Origin: Armatimonadota bacterium | GTDB lineage: Bacteria > Armatimonadota > Zipacnadia > Zipacnadales > UBA5352 | Direction: 5' to 3' | Assembly: GCA_034722055.1 (NCBI GenBank) | Contig: JAYENL010000314.1 | Location: 1 to 64,000, forward strand | DNA: 64,000 nt | In this document: positions 1-9,446 of the stretch, piece after piece | How positions within the stretch are numbered: position 1 is the first letter of the stretch | Layout: each line of letters starts with the position of its first letter | Position numbers and translations under genes: made by a program | Notes under the pieces: generated by a model | The model's database searches: none | Told to the model about the DNA's origin: nothing | The model's input: only the letters and a program-made list of their open reading frames with translations

Positions 1-41
1 GGTGTGACAGGGACAGCCCGTGAGGGCCTACCTATGTCAAT
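1..41 (+). mobile_element. 3' end (DV tail + domain VI) of a probable group IIC intron; the rest lies outside the window
   Basis: GGTGTG matches the end of class C DV (..CGGTGGTGTG). DVI stem GACAGGG(6-12) pairs with CCT[A]TGTC(31-38), with a bulged A34 eight nt from the AY end (AAT, 39-41). Apical GCCC-GTGA-GGGC GNRA hairpin. Confidence 0.65.
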
Positions 42-310
42 TGCTGTTTGTCGTTGCAGCCCTCCCGGCCCCAGCCGTCGGCTCGGACAACGCCGGGCCG
101 GACAGTAGTCCCGCCCCTGTGCGCCTCGCAGCGCACGTATCCAGTTGGTTGGAGTCCAACCGGAGGTACTCGTGTGATGTGGAAGCCTCCGTAGCAGCGG
201 TCAAGGAAGCGCGGCGACGCGCGACGTGGTCGTTTCCGTAGCTGGTGGCTGGTAGCTCGTCGCTGGACACAAGCCCGCCCCTCCTCAGGCACGTCAAGCG
301 CCGCTGTTCG

Positions 311-402
311 GTGGCACGGACACTCCTGTCCGTGCGGCGCCCGGCGTTGGCTCAACGCCGAACGACGACGACCGGGCCGGGACGGAGACCGGCTCCCTCC
401 AA
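311..402. repeat. REPIN-like pair: GTGG-foot REP hairpin plus inverted GGAG-foot REP
   Basis: GTGGCACGGACACTCCTGTCCGTG (311-334) and GGGCCGGGACGGAGACCGGCTCCCTCCAA (374-402); the same pair recurs at 9061-9213, 9239-9390 and 23161-23251. Confidence 0.75.
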
Positions 403-615
403 ACGGCTGGGCAACGGCCCTACCCGCTTCTCTGCGGGCGGGCGCCCCCGAACGACCGGGCGGGCAAGGAAGCGCGCCGATCCGTCTCTTCAAAACCTGC
501 GGGGCGGGCGCCGTCGCCCGCGCCTCCTGACGACACGACTACCCACGCCGCTCGCGGCGGCGGCACTGGCACAGGGCGTGGGGGTGGCGGGCGTGGCCGG
601 GGCCGGGCGGTGAGG

Positions 616-1401
616 TCAGCGCTGCTCGTCGATGGCGCGGATGACGACCTCCAGGAAGGTCTCGGGGTTGCGGAGCTGTCCGAACTGCAGCCCGGGGAAG
701 CGCCGGCGGAGGGTATCAGCCAGCCGCGAGGCCAGCCGCCTTCGGGCCTGTGGCGCGAGGTCGAAGCGGCGCTCAAGGAAGCGGCGGATGGTCCTCTCCT
801 CCTCCCGGGTGACCGTGCGGGCGCCGGCTCGGACCATGCGCAGCACCTCGCCGCTCACCTCCGGCGGCAGCTCCGGGGCCTCGGGCTCCTCCTCGGGCAG
901 CTCCGTCATGGGCGCCAGGCGCTCCTTGACCACCATGGTGCCCGCCGCCAGGTCGCCCAGGCGCTGGTTGCGTGCCGTGACCAGCAGTGAGATCACCCCC
1001 GCCGCGTAGAAGATCGGCAGCCAGTCCGCGATGCGCAGGATGTTGCGAACCGCCGACTGCTCGGCGCTGATGGGCGCGCCGTCGGTGGAAATCACTCGCA
1101 GGCCAGTGAGGGTCTTGCCGGGAGACTTGCCGCTCCGGGTCAGCTCGAAGAACATGTAATACGCGATGTAGATGAGGATGGCGGCAGAGAGGGCGATGAG
1201 CCCTGCGAACGCCGACACCAGGCCCTGGCCGGTGAGCCTGGCCCGAATGATGAAGACCACGAATGCCAGCAGCAGCGTCCCGACACCCACGATGAAGGTG
1301 TCGATGGCCGCGGCCAGGAACCTGGACCCGAGGCCTGCAAGCTGGTAGGAGACCTCGATCTGTTCCGGGACGTAAAGCTGCACGCGTTCGTCATCAACCA
1401 T
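616..1401 (-). CDS. RDD family membrane protein
   Basis: LAGLGSRFLAAAID, GKSPGK..GLRV, RNILRIAD and QRLGDLAAGT motifs; AGGAG RBS; usual partner of the MoxR/DUF58/SpoIIM cluster. Confidence 0.9.
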   Translation of the reverse strand: MVDDERVQLYVPEQIEVSYQLAGLGSRFLAAAIDTFIVGVGTLLLAFVVFIIRARLTGQGLVSAFAGLIALSAAILIYIAYYMFFELTRSGKSPGKTLTGLRVISTDGAPISAEQSAVRNILRIADWLPIFYAAGVISLLVTARNQRLGDLAAGTMVVKERLAPMTELPEEEPEAPELPPEVSGEVLRMVRAGARTVTREEERTIRRFLERRFDLAPQARRRLASRLADTLRRRFPGLQFGQLRNPETFLEVVIRAIDEQR

Positions 1402-1429
1402 GAGGGCCGCTCCTGAGGGAACGCAGACA

Positions 1430-2491
1430 GTGCGCGACCGGCCCCGCCCCGACGTTGAGGAATCCCGGCGACGCTGGGCGCGTCTCGCCGAGCTGATCGC
1501 GGAGGCGGATCTCCGCGGCCTGCGAGTCCTCGACGCTGAGGAGCTGGACGAGTTCGCACGCCTCTACCGCCAGGCCGTGGCCGACCTGGCGACCGCGCGG
1601 TCGCGAGGTCGGGACCACCGCACCATCGGGTACCTCAACGACCTGGTGGGCCGCGCCGCGGGCCTCATCTACGGCGGGCGAGCCCGACGCCGCATCCGAC
1701 CCGTGAGGTTCTTCTTCGGCGATATCCCGCGCACCTTTCGCAAGACGTGGCACTTTACCGCCGCGGCATTCCTGGCCTCGGTCCTCCCCGCTCTGGCCGT
1801 CTACATGGCGAGTGCTGTCAACCCCGCCTGGGCGGACGCCCTCTTCATGGAGGGCCTGGCCGAGCTGGTTCAGGACTTCCTCTCACGCGACGTCCCGCCG
1901 GGCCAGTACTTCGCGGACGCCCAAAGCCTCATCGGGGCCGACAATCTCTCGGGGGCCATCCTGGTCAACAACGTGAAGGTGTCCCTGGGCGCCTTCGCCC
2001 TGGGCATCACTGCCGGCCTCGGCACCCTTTACATGATGATCTATAACGGCCTGATGCTGGGCGCCTTTACGGGAGTGTTCGCACACCACGGGCGGCTCAT
2101 CGACGGCATCGGCATCATCGCCCCGCACGGGTTCCTGGAGCTGACGGCGATCTTCATGTGCGGGGGCGCCGGCTTCCTGATGGGCTGGGCGCTGATCAGC
2201 CCGGGCGACAGGCTGCGGCTGGACGCGCTGGGGGAGGCCGCACGCACAGCGGTGGTGCTGCTGGCGGGCGCCCTGGTTATGATCGGGGTGGCCGCGGTCA
2301 TCGAGGGGTTCGTCAGCCCTCAGACGACGGGCGTGCTGGCGGCCAACGACACGCGGATCATGGTGGGCCTGGTGGTGTGGCTGGTGGCTGGCGTGTGGCT
2401 GCTGATGGGCGACCGCCTGGTGGCGGGCTACATCGGCCCGCCGGATGAGGATGCGGCTCAGAGCAGGCCCGCGCGCTTCACTGTAAGGTAG
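1430..2491 (+). CDS. Stage II sporulation protein M (DUF95) family membrane protein
   Basis: LYRQAVADLA..R, YLNDLV, ILVNNVKV, YNGLMLG, IAPHGFLEL and AAVIEGFVSP motifs; GTG start at 1430 after GAGGGA (ORF track ATG 1400 is also possible). Confidence 0.88.
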   Translation: MRDRPRPDVEESRRRWARLAELIAEADLRGLRVLDAEELDEFARLYRQAVADLATARSRGRDHRTIGYLNDLVGRAAGLIYGGRARRRIRPVRFFFGDIPRTFRKTWHFTAAAFLASVLPALAVYMASAVNPAWADALFMEGLAELVQDFLSRDVPPGQYFADAQSLIGADNLSGAILVNNVKVSLGAFALGITAGLGTLYMMIYNGLMLGAFTGVFAHHGRLIDGIGIIAPHGFLELTAIFMCGGAGFLMGWALISPGDRLRLDALGEAARTAVVLLAGALVMIGVAAVIEGFVSPQTTGVLAANDTRIMVGLVVWLVAGVWLLMGDRLVAGYIGPPDEDAAQSRPARFTVR

Positions 2492-3768
2492 CGGTTGACC
2501 ACGGCCGCCGCCAGGTCGTCGGGCCTGGCGTCGCAGGCCAGCACCCCCCGGGAACGGAGCCTGGCCAGCGCCAGGGCCCGCTCCGAGAGCGTGCGGGAGG
2601 CCAGCGCCTTCTCGTAGGCTCCGAGGACGTCATCGGGGCTCCCCGCTGCCATGGCCGTGATCTCCTCGTCGGGTACGGTGGCCACCAGCGGCAGGTGCTG
2701 GGGGCGCAGCGAGGAGAGATAGGAGAGGGCCTGGGCGGACACCTCAGGCTCCACGAGGTCGGTGAAGGCGCAGATCATGGCGCGCTTGCGGGCGTGGGAG
2801 CGCAGGAAGCTGATTGCAGCGCGGAAATCCGGCTCCACCAGCTCGGCCTGCAGGGCGTACAGCTCCTCCAGGATGCGCTGCGTCTGTGCCGCCCCGTGCG
2901 ACGGCGTCACGAAGGTCTTCACCCGGTCGGAAAACACTATCAGCCCCACGGTGTCGCCCATCCGCTGTGCCACGTGTGCCAGCATCAGCGCCGCGTTCAC
3001 CGCGCAGTCCACCCGCGTCATATCCCCGCTGCGTGCCGCCATCAGCCGGCCGCTGTCGATCATGATGATCAGCGTCTGGTTGCGCTCGACCTGATACTGG
3101 CGCGTGATGGGCGTGCCGCGTCGGGCAGTGGCCTTCCAGTCGATGTGCCGGAAGCTGTCGTCGGGCACGTACTCCCGCAGGCTCTCGAACTCCGTGCCCT
3201 CACCGCGGGCTCTGGCCGTTCGCAGGCCGATCTCCTCCAGCCGGCCACGACGCGCAAGGGCGTCGAACTCCCGGACCTGCTGCAGGTTGGGGTAGACGCG
3301 CACGCTCTCGGGTGCGGCTATGTCGCGCTGCCACCACACCAGGCGGAGGCGCGACAGGACGCGGATGTGCAGGTCGCCGAAGGCCCAGTCGCCGCGGCTG
3401 TTGGGGGTGGTCTGATAGCTGACGCGCCGATGCTCCCAGGCGTCAAGCTGCAGGCGCCGGGAGCGCTCAGGGGTGTCGAACTGCGGGGGCGGGTCATCGC
3501 GGACCTGCAGGGTCAGCGGCCTGTCGGAGCGGTTCCGGAGCCAGATGACGACGCGATTGGGGACGCCCAGAGAGAGCACCTGCGGGAGGCGGCGCTGCAC
3601 CTCCACAGTGTCGCGGGCGCGGGACAGACGCCCATCGACGATGGCCAGGACCAGCGCCCCCAGCATCACTCCCACGCCTGCGAGGGGGAGCATCGGCTCC
3701 ACGACCCCCAGGGCGAAGAGGGGGATGGCGGCCGCCAGGATTCCGATCAGGGGGCCCGTGGGGATCAT
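2458..3768 (-). CDS. DUF58 domain protein (vWA-like, MoxR-associated)
   Basis: GTEFESLREYVPDDSFRHIDWKATAR and IDSGRLM motifs; N-terminal TM helices; ATG at 3768. Confidence 0.9.
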   Translation of the reverse strand: MIPTGPLIGILAAAIPLFALGVVEPMLPLAGVGVMLGALVLAIVDGRLSRARDTVEVQRRLPQVLSLGVPNRVVIWLRNRSDRPLTLQVRDDPPPQFDTPERSRRLQLDAWEHRRVSYQTTPNSRGDWAFGDLHIRVLSRLRLVWWQRDIAAPESVRVYPNLQQVREFDALARRGRLEEIGLRTARARGEGTEFESLREYVPDDSFRHIDWKATARRGTPITRQYQVERNQTLIIMIDSGRLMAARSGDMTRVDCAVNAALMLAHVAQRMGDTVGLIVFSDRVKTFVTPSHGAAQTQRILEELYALQAELVEPDFRAAISFLRSHARKRAMICAFTDLVEPEVSAQALSYLSSLRPQHLPLVATVPDEEITAMAAGSPDDVLGAYEKALASRTLSERALALARLRSRGVLACDARPDDLAAAVVNRYLTVKRAGLL

Positions 3769-3778
3769 GGTCTCGCGC

Positions 3779-4747
3779 TCAGCGCGGCACCTCCACGGTG
3801 GCAAGCACCCGGGCGATGATGTCGTCGGCGGTCAGGCCCTCGATGTCCGCCTCCGGCCGCAGGACCATGCGGTGGCGGAGGGTGGCCGGCGCCATCTGCT
3901 TGACGTCGTCGGGGATCAGGTACTCGCGGGCGCGCAGGGCGGCCAGGACCTTGGAGGTCTGCAGCAGCATGACCGACGCTCGGGGGCTGCAGCCCAGCAG
4001 GACGCTGGGGTCGTCGCGGGTGGCGCGGGTGATGGCGGAGATGTAGGTAATGACCTCCTCCTCCACCCGCACGGAGGATACCTCCCGGCGGGAGCGAGCG
4101 GTCGCCGTCTCGTCCGCCACCTGGCGGACGCCGGCGGCCTCCAGGTCCATGGAGTCGAAGCCCTGGTGGTGGCGGAGCAGCAGGTCGTCCTCCTCCGCCG
4201 TGGAGGGATAGTCCACGACCACCTTGAGCATGAAGCGGTCGAGCTGGGCCTCGGGGAGCGGATAGGTGCCCTCAAACTCGATGGGGTTCTCGGTGGCGAA
4301 GACCGTGAATTCACGCGACAAGGGGTGCGTCACACCGTCGATGCTCACCTGCCGCTCCTGCATGCCCTCCAGGAGCGCGGCCTGGGTCTTGGCGGGGGCG
4401 CGATTGATCTCATCGGCCAGCAGGAACTCGGTGAAGATGGGCCCGCGGCGGAGGTGGAACTCATTCGTGGCGGTGTCATACACGTAGGTGCCCACGATGT
4501 CGGAGGGCATGAGATCGGGGGTCATCTGCACGCGTCGGAAGTCCCGCCCCAGGCAGAGCGCCAGGGCCCGGACCATGAGGGTCTTGGCGACCCCCGGCAC
4601 GCCCTCCAGGAGGACGTGTCCGTTGGCCAGCACCGCCACCAGCATCTCCTGGATGGGGCGGCGCTGTCCCACGATAGCCCGTCCCATCGTCTCTTCGATG
4701 TGCGCCGCAAGCTCCACCGCCGCGCCCCCCTCGCCAGCGTCAACCAT
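3779..4747 (-). CDS. moxR: MoxR family AAA+ ATPase
   Basis: GHVLLEGVPGVAKT (Walker A), LLADEINRAPAKTQAALLE, ENPIEFEGTYPLPEAQLDRF. Confidence 0.95.
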   Translation of the reverse strand: MVDAGEGGAAVELAAHIEETMGRAIVGQRRPIQEMLVAVLANGHVLLEGVPGVAKTLMVRALALCLGRDFRRVQMTPDLMPSDIVGTYVYDTATNEFHLRRGPIFTEFLLADEINRAPAKTQAALLEGMQERQVSIDGVTHPLSREFTVFATENPIEFEGTYPLPEAQLDRFMLKVVVDYPSTAEEDDLLLRHHQGFDSMDLEAAGVRQVADETATARSRREVSSVRVEEEVITYISAITRATRDDPSVLLGCSPRASVMLLQTSKVLAALRAREYLIPDDVKQMAPATLRHRMVLRPEADIEGLTADDIIARVLATVEVPR

Positions 4748-5951
4748 GACCAACCATCCTCTCGCAGGTCGCGACCTCGCGCGCCAGGGCCAGCAGCTCC
4801 CTCTCTCCGGGCGTCTCAGCCCTGGCGCGCTGCAGCCCTGACAGCAGGTCCGCCACCGTGTCCCGGGGCACGCCAATCCGCGTCAGACCCGCCAACAGGG
4901 CCTCGTCGGGAGCACTGGCCGGCACTCCCGCCGCCCGAGCGAGTCGCCGCCGGAGCCCCTGCAGGAGCATCCCGGCCGCCGCGTCGGAGGCCCGCGCCCG
5001 GGCGTAGACGCGCGCGAAGGCCCGGACGTATTCGGCGGCCGGCCGGCGCGGATCGTCCGGTCCCGCGGCCGGAGCCCCCAGGCGCTTGGCTCGGCCGAGT
5101 GCGTAGACGGCGGCCACGAAGAGCACCGCCACCACGCTGTACCAGAAGGGGCGCTCATCGACCTGGGGGCCGGCGAATACCCCGCGGCTGGCGAAGAAGC
5201 CGTGATGATACTCGTCGAAGTACACGGCATTGGGCGCTCCGCCCGCGAAGGCCAGGTTGGCGGCGAAGACGACGTTGTCGGCCTTCGAGAGCACGGCATT
5301 GCTGAGCATCTCGGCCTCACACAACACGATGGCGTTGCCCTCGCCCACGCGGGTCACAGCGGCGGCAGTCCCGTGGGTATCCGACAGCACGATCTCCGGC
5401 TGGCTCACGTCGGCCTGCGCCAGCAGCGGCGCCAGCTCCAGCCTTCGACCGGTGGGGACCAGCACCGAATGCACATCGGCCGTAAGATCGCCATGACGCG
5501 CCGGTCGCGCCAGCTCCTGCTGAGCGCTGACGCCGCGCCGCTCGCTGAGGCCCAGGGCAAGCAGCAGCTCCTCTATAGCTATCATCGCGGAGCCGCTTCG
5601 CCGGCCTGGCACGCCCCGCTCGCCGGGAGCCAGCACCAGCCGCCCGCCGTCACGCACCCACTGCAGGAGCGCCTCGCGCTCTCCGTCAGTCACCGGGATG
5701 GTGGGATCGAGCACCACCAGCATGTCCACCTCACGGCTCAGCTCCGTGAGCGGGACTCCCCATGTCTCTCCCGGGACGCCCGCCGCCGCCAGCAGCTCAC
5801 GCCAGGCCTTTGTTCCCCACGGGTTGGTGCGCAGGCTGGAGTGGTCGCGGGTGCGGTCGAAGTAGGTGGCACGCCGGGCGAGCACGCCGGCCACCACCAG
5901 CACAACCACGGCGCTGACGACCAGCAGAACGGTGCGAGCCCGATCGCTCAT
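4740..5951 (-). CDS. DUF4350 domain membrane-anchored protein
   Basis: N-terminal TM; NPWGTKAW, LLQWVRDGGRLVL, LSNAVL..ADN, VYFDEYHHG and EYVRAFARVY motifs; conserved position upstream of moxR. Confidence 0.8.
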   Translation of the reverse strand: MSDRARTVLLVVSAVVVLVVAGVLARRATYFDRTRDHSSLRTNPWGTKAWRELLAAAGVPGETWGVPLTELSREVDMLVVLDPTIPVTDGEREALLQWVRDGGRLVLAPGERGVPGRRSGSAMIAIEELLLALGLSERRGVSAQQELARPARHGDLTADVHSVLVPTGRRLELAPLLAQADVSQPEIVLSDTHGTAAAVTRVGEGNAIVLCEAEMLSNAVLSKADNVVFAANLAFAGGAPNAVYFDEYHHGFFASRGVFAGPQVDERPFWYSVVAVLFVAAVYALGRAKRLGAPAAGPDDPRRPAAEYVRAFARVYARARASDAAAGMLLQGLRRRLARAAGVPASAPDEALLAGLTRIGVPRDTVADLLSGLQRARAETPGERELLALAREVATCERMVGHG

Positions 5952-6667
5952 GCCGCGGCAGCCTCCGCATGCCAGAGCACGTCCGCGGAGCCTCGCGCCG
6001 TCTCCCACGTCCGCGCCGTGGCGGTGGTCCCGCCGTAGATGCAGGCGTCCACCACGCCGGTGAGGTCGAACATCGCGGTGTGCAGCGCCGAATCCTCGGC
6101 GCTGAGCGCGTGCAGGTTCTCCCAATTGGTTCGCGAGGGGTCATGGCTGAGCAGTCCCAGGCGGTCGAGGCGAAGAATCGTGGCCAGGTAGAGGAGGCGA
6201 ACGGCCCGATCGTACTCCCCTTCGTGAACGGCCTGTTCGGCCAGCGCCAGCACCTCCGTGGGGTCGCGAGCCTCGGTGGCGCCGGTTGGCCAACGCCGCG
6301 AGCGCCCCTCATCCCCGAGGAGGACGGATCGCATGGTGAGAGCGATGTGCAGCAGGATCCCGGTGATGGCCGCCAGTCCGACTCCGAATATCACCCAGTT
6401 GGCCCACTGCGGAAGCCCGGCCAGTATGCCCCCTCCCTGCGACACCGCGGAGAGACCCTCCCCGATGCGATGCAGTAGCCACTGGATCCAGCGGTTGATC
6501 CGCTCGGTGGGGGGCACCTGCAGTCGGTATCCCGAGCGCAGGATCTCACGGACGGTGCTCCGCAGCTCATCTGGCGACGGCCGCTGGGGAGCCGCCGACG
6601 CCGTCGCGGCGAGCAGCCCCATGGTCGGCAACAGCCACCGGCGAGACACGCTGGACAGTGGACTCAC
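5948..6667 (-). CDS. DUF4129 domain protein
   Basis: GEYDRAVRLLYLATI..L, SRTNWE and CIYGG motifs; TM segment; start codon uncertain. Confidence 0.75.
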   Translation of the reverse strand: MSPLSSVSRRWLLPTMGLLAATASAAPQRPSPDELRSTVREILRSGYRLQVPPTERINRWIQWLLHRIGEGLSAVSQGGGILAGLPQWANWVIFGVGLAAITGILLHIALTMRSVLLGDEGRSRRWPTGATEARDPTEVLALAEQAVHEGEYDRAVRLLYLATILRLDRLGLLSHDPSRTNWENLHALSAEDSALHTAMFDLTGVVDACIYGGTTATARTWETARGSADVLWHAEAAAA

Positions 6668-6735
6668 CTCCGGAGGGTCACTTTCGCCGCGGAGGAGGGT
6701 ATCTCCTCGCCGGGCCTGCGGTCGTACACGAAGAA

Positions 6736-6762
6736 GGCGGGGCCCCTGGCAGGGGCCCCGCC
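6736..6762 (-). terminator. Intrinsic terminator of the SLH/porin gene
   Basis: Perfect 12-bp stem GGCGGGGCCCCT/AGGGGCCCCGCC with a 3-nt loop, followed by TTCTT on the minus strand, 25 nt after the stop. Confidence 0.8.
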
Positions 6763-6787
6763 ATACAGTCATGCGACGGTGCGTCCC

Positions 6788-8560
6788 TTAGAAGGGTACC
6801 TCCACACCGGCCTGGACCAGGTCCAGGTCCTGTGCACCGCTCACGGCGCCCTGGTGCGCGTAGGTCAGCACCACATCGACGGTGTCGGTGACAGGCAGGG
6901 TGGCCGACGCGGAGTAGAGCTGGTCATAGAACAGCCCATTGAGCTGGTAGGGGTTCCGACCAGCATAGTCGTATCCGTTGGGATTGAGGTTGTTCGGATC
7001 CCAGTAGTCGGAATTGTTCTCCAAGTCGTAGTAGGCGACCTGGAAGGGGACGTTGCCCAGCTCGAACATGAGCTGGCCGCCGAGGACCTGAAGGTTCGGC
7101 ATGACCAGCGGTCGGCGCAGCCAGCGCTCCCAGGGGATGTAGGCGCCACTGGGCCCACTGGTCTGGAGGACCTCGTAGTAGGGGTTCACGCTCGAGTAGT
7201 AGATGTCGTACTCGGCGTCCGCATCCGAGTAGAAGCCGGTCAGCGAGAAGCTACCGGTCTTCCACACGTCCACCATCGCCATTATGGCGCTGGGGTTCTC
7301 AGTGCTCGACCTGCCCCGGGCGCCGGGCGTGGTGTGGCGGTTGGCGTGCTCATCGATCTGAGCTGCCTCTACGTAGATGTCCCGACCCCAGATGTTGGCC
7401 CACAGATCGACGCTGTAGGCCTCTTCATCGTTGATGCGATTGGGGTTGCCGGCGTGGGTGCCGGTGAAGGTCCACGCGTTCTGCTGCGAGACACCGCTGA
7501 CCAGCCAGTTCCCGCCGAGCGCCCAGCTCGACGAGGTCAATGCGGCGCGGGCGGCGACGTAGCCATCCGCGTCATTGGGGACGGTGTCCGCATCGGGGGT
7601 CCGCGCGAAGGCGTAGAGGTCGGTGACCTCGTCAGCCTGGCCGGCGAACCACTCCACATCGAGGCCGATGTCCAGGAAGTCGGGCCACTCGCTGCGAACG
7701 CCCTGCAGCGACTGGCGATCGGTGTCCACGATCAGCCCCATGCCGTAGGCCAGGTTCTGTCGGCCGATGGTCCAGGTCACGGGGTTGACGAAGTCGGTGT
7801 TGAACCGCACGTAGGCCTCATCGAGCCACAGGTCGCTGCCGGCATAGCCGTCGTTGGGCGCCATGCCGTCGCGAGTCTGCAGCATGATGGCGCCGTAGAC
7901 ATCGTCGGTGATGTCGCCAGCGATGCCAAGGCGGGCGGTCAGGTTGTCGTACTCGTTGTCGAGGTCAATGTCCTCACCAGCCAGACCCATGCGCCAGTCC
8001 AGCCAGCCGGTGACCTCGGGGCCACCGAGCTGCTGCTCGACCCAGTTGAGGCGATCGGACAGGTCGTAGACGTCATTCTGGAGGAACTCAACATCCTCCT
8101 TGAGATCGGCCAACTCGTCCTTGAACTCGTCAAGGAGGCGGTTGACGATCTCCGCGACCTGGTCCTCATCGATCTCACCGGGAGGCCCCTGGTCGCCCTG
8201 CGGGCCCTGGGGGCCCTGAGGGCCGGCGGGGCCCTGCTCGCCCTGGGGGCCCTGCGGCCCGGCCGGGCCCTGCTCGCCCTGCGGGCCCTGGGGGCCCTGG
8301 GGGCCGCGCTCACCGGCGCCGACCTCGGGCATCTTGTCGAGCAGGCGCGAAATGGCCATCGCGAACTCGTACCGGGTCATGGCCCGATCGCCCTTGAAGG
8401 TCCCATCGGGGTACCCGATGATGATGCCCTCCTCAACGAGCTGCTGGACGGCATCATATGCCCAGTGGTCGAACGGAACGGTGTCCGCTGGACTCGTCTG
8501 GGCGAAGGCAGGCACGGCGATGAGCATCGCCAGTGCCAGAACGGCGACTGTCTTTCTCAT
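6788..8560 (-). CDS. SLH-domain outer-membrane tether/porin (OmpM/SlpA-like) with collagen-like repeat
   Basis: Signal peptide (AFA|Q); SLH motif [34 protein letters not shown]; 16 Gly-X-Y triplets; coiled coil; beta-barrel-like C-terminus ending in F; GAGGAGG RBS. Confidence 0.85.
   Translation of the reverse strand: MRKTVAVLALAMLIAVPAFAQTSPADTVPFDHWAYDAVQQLVEEGIIIGYPDGTFKGDRAMTRYEFAMAISRLLDKMPEVGAGERGPQGPQGPQGEQGPAGPQGPQGEQGPAGPQGPQGPQGDQGPPGEIDEDQVAEIVNRLLDEFKDELADLKEDVEFLQNDVYDLSDRLNWVEQQLGGPEVTGWLDWRMGLAGEDIDLDNEYDNLTARLGIAGDITDDVYGAIMLQTRDGMAPNDGYAGSDLWLDEAYVRFNTDFVNPVTWTIGRQNLAYGMGLIVDTDRQSLQGVRSEWPDFLDIGLDVEWFAGQADEVTDLYAFARTPDADTVPNDADGYVAARAALTSSSWALGGNWLVSGVSQQNAWTFTGTHAGNPNRINDEEAYSVDLWANIWGRDIYVEAAQIDEHANRHTTPGARGRSSTENPSAIMAMVDVWKTGSFSLTGFYSDADAEYDIYYSSVNPYYEVLQTSGPSGAYIPWERWLRRPLVMPNLQVLGGQLMFELGNVPFQVAYYDLENNSDYWDPNNLNPNGYDYAGRNPYQLNGLFYDQLYSASATLPVTDTVDVVLTYAHQGAVSGAQDLDLVQAGVEVPF
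8171..8314 (-). repeat. Collagen-like (Gly-X-Y)16 coding repeat
   Basis: [48 protein letters not shown]. Confidence 0.95.
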
Positions 8561-8855
8561 GTCTCGTATCCTCCTCAGAAGTTTGAGCCGACTCGTCCGA
8601 CACGCCTCGGTGGCTGTGTCGGCGCGAGTGCAGACCGAGCCTGTCGGCTGCGAGAAGGACCGCGGCATAAGAGTGTCCACTGTTTCCTCTCCGCGCGCGA
8701 TCCCTGGGTATGTGCTGCCCGGCCTGACCTGTCCCGCTGTGCTCCCGCGGCCCCGGCTTGGAGGACCCTCCCTTCTTCGCCCAGATTGGGCCGCCGGCGC
8801 GAGACAAGGCTTTGACGACTGGCCGCTCCCCGAGGGGAGCCGCACAATCGGCGCA

Positions 8856-8884
8856 ACTATATCACACGACCTTAGACCAGTCAA
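8856..8884 (-). promoter_or_regulatory. sigma70-type promoter of the SLH/porin gene
   Basis: TTGACT-N17-TATAGT with extended -10 TG; implies a 5' UTR of about 290 nt. Confidence 0.7.
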
Positions 8885-8899
8885 GCGCGCAGACGTTTC
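8872..8899 (-). promoter_or_regulatory. Candidate ECF-sigma promoter overlapping the sigma70 promoter
   Basis: GAAAC-N17-GTCTAA on the minus strand; the same motif occurs at 9447-9474 (+). Confidence 0.4.
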
Positions 8900-9054
8900 G
8901 CAGACGTGGCACCATAGTGTCAGCGGAACGGGCGTGCGAGGGGCTCGCAGGCCACTCCCACGACCACGACAGGCGCTGTCGTTCCGTGGCAGGGACACTC
9001 AGGCCGCAAGCTGCAGGCCGCAAGCTGCAAGCTGACGGCAACGACAGCCGTTGA

Positions 9055-9410
9055 CGTTCCGTGGCACGGGCACTCCCGCCCGGGCGCCGTTTGTCATTGT
9101 CGGTGAGATCGCTTGCGATCTCCGGAAGCCCGACCTACGCGGGGGCATGGAGCCTACGCGAAGGATGGCGCGCACGACAACGACCGGGCCGGGACGGAGA
9201 CCAGCCCCTCCAAACGGCACGACAACGCCTGCCGTTCCGTGGCACGGGCACTCCTGCCCGTGCGCCGTTTGTCATTGTCGGTGAGATCGCTTGCGATCTC
9301 CGGAAGCCCGACCTACGCGGGGCATGGAGCCTACGCGAATGATGGCGCGCACGACAAGGGCCAGGCCGGGACGGAGACCGGCGCCCGCCAAGCGACACGA
9401 CAAACGGCTG
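9055..9410. repeat. Tandem duplication of a 178-nt REPIN-like unit
   Basis: Near-identical units start with CGTTCCGTGGCACGGGCACTCC at 9055 and 9233; a truncated third start lies at about 8981. Confidence 0.9.
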
Positions 9411-9446
9411 GCGGGTGTGAACAGGGCGGCGCTGGACGGAGGAGAT

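Noticed and set aside
20..613. Short ORFs in REP-rich intergenic regions (also 8999-9646, 22646-23471, 30013-30903, 41385-42596)
   Set aside because: Arg/Pro/Gly-rich translations of repeats, with no RBS or coding bias.
8700..8740. CAGGTCAGGCCGGGCAGCA on the minus strand, SRP-RNA-like
   Set aside because: Lacks the GGAA tetraloop/AGCAG domain IV arrangement.
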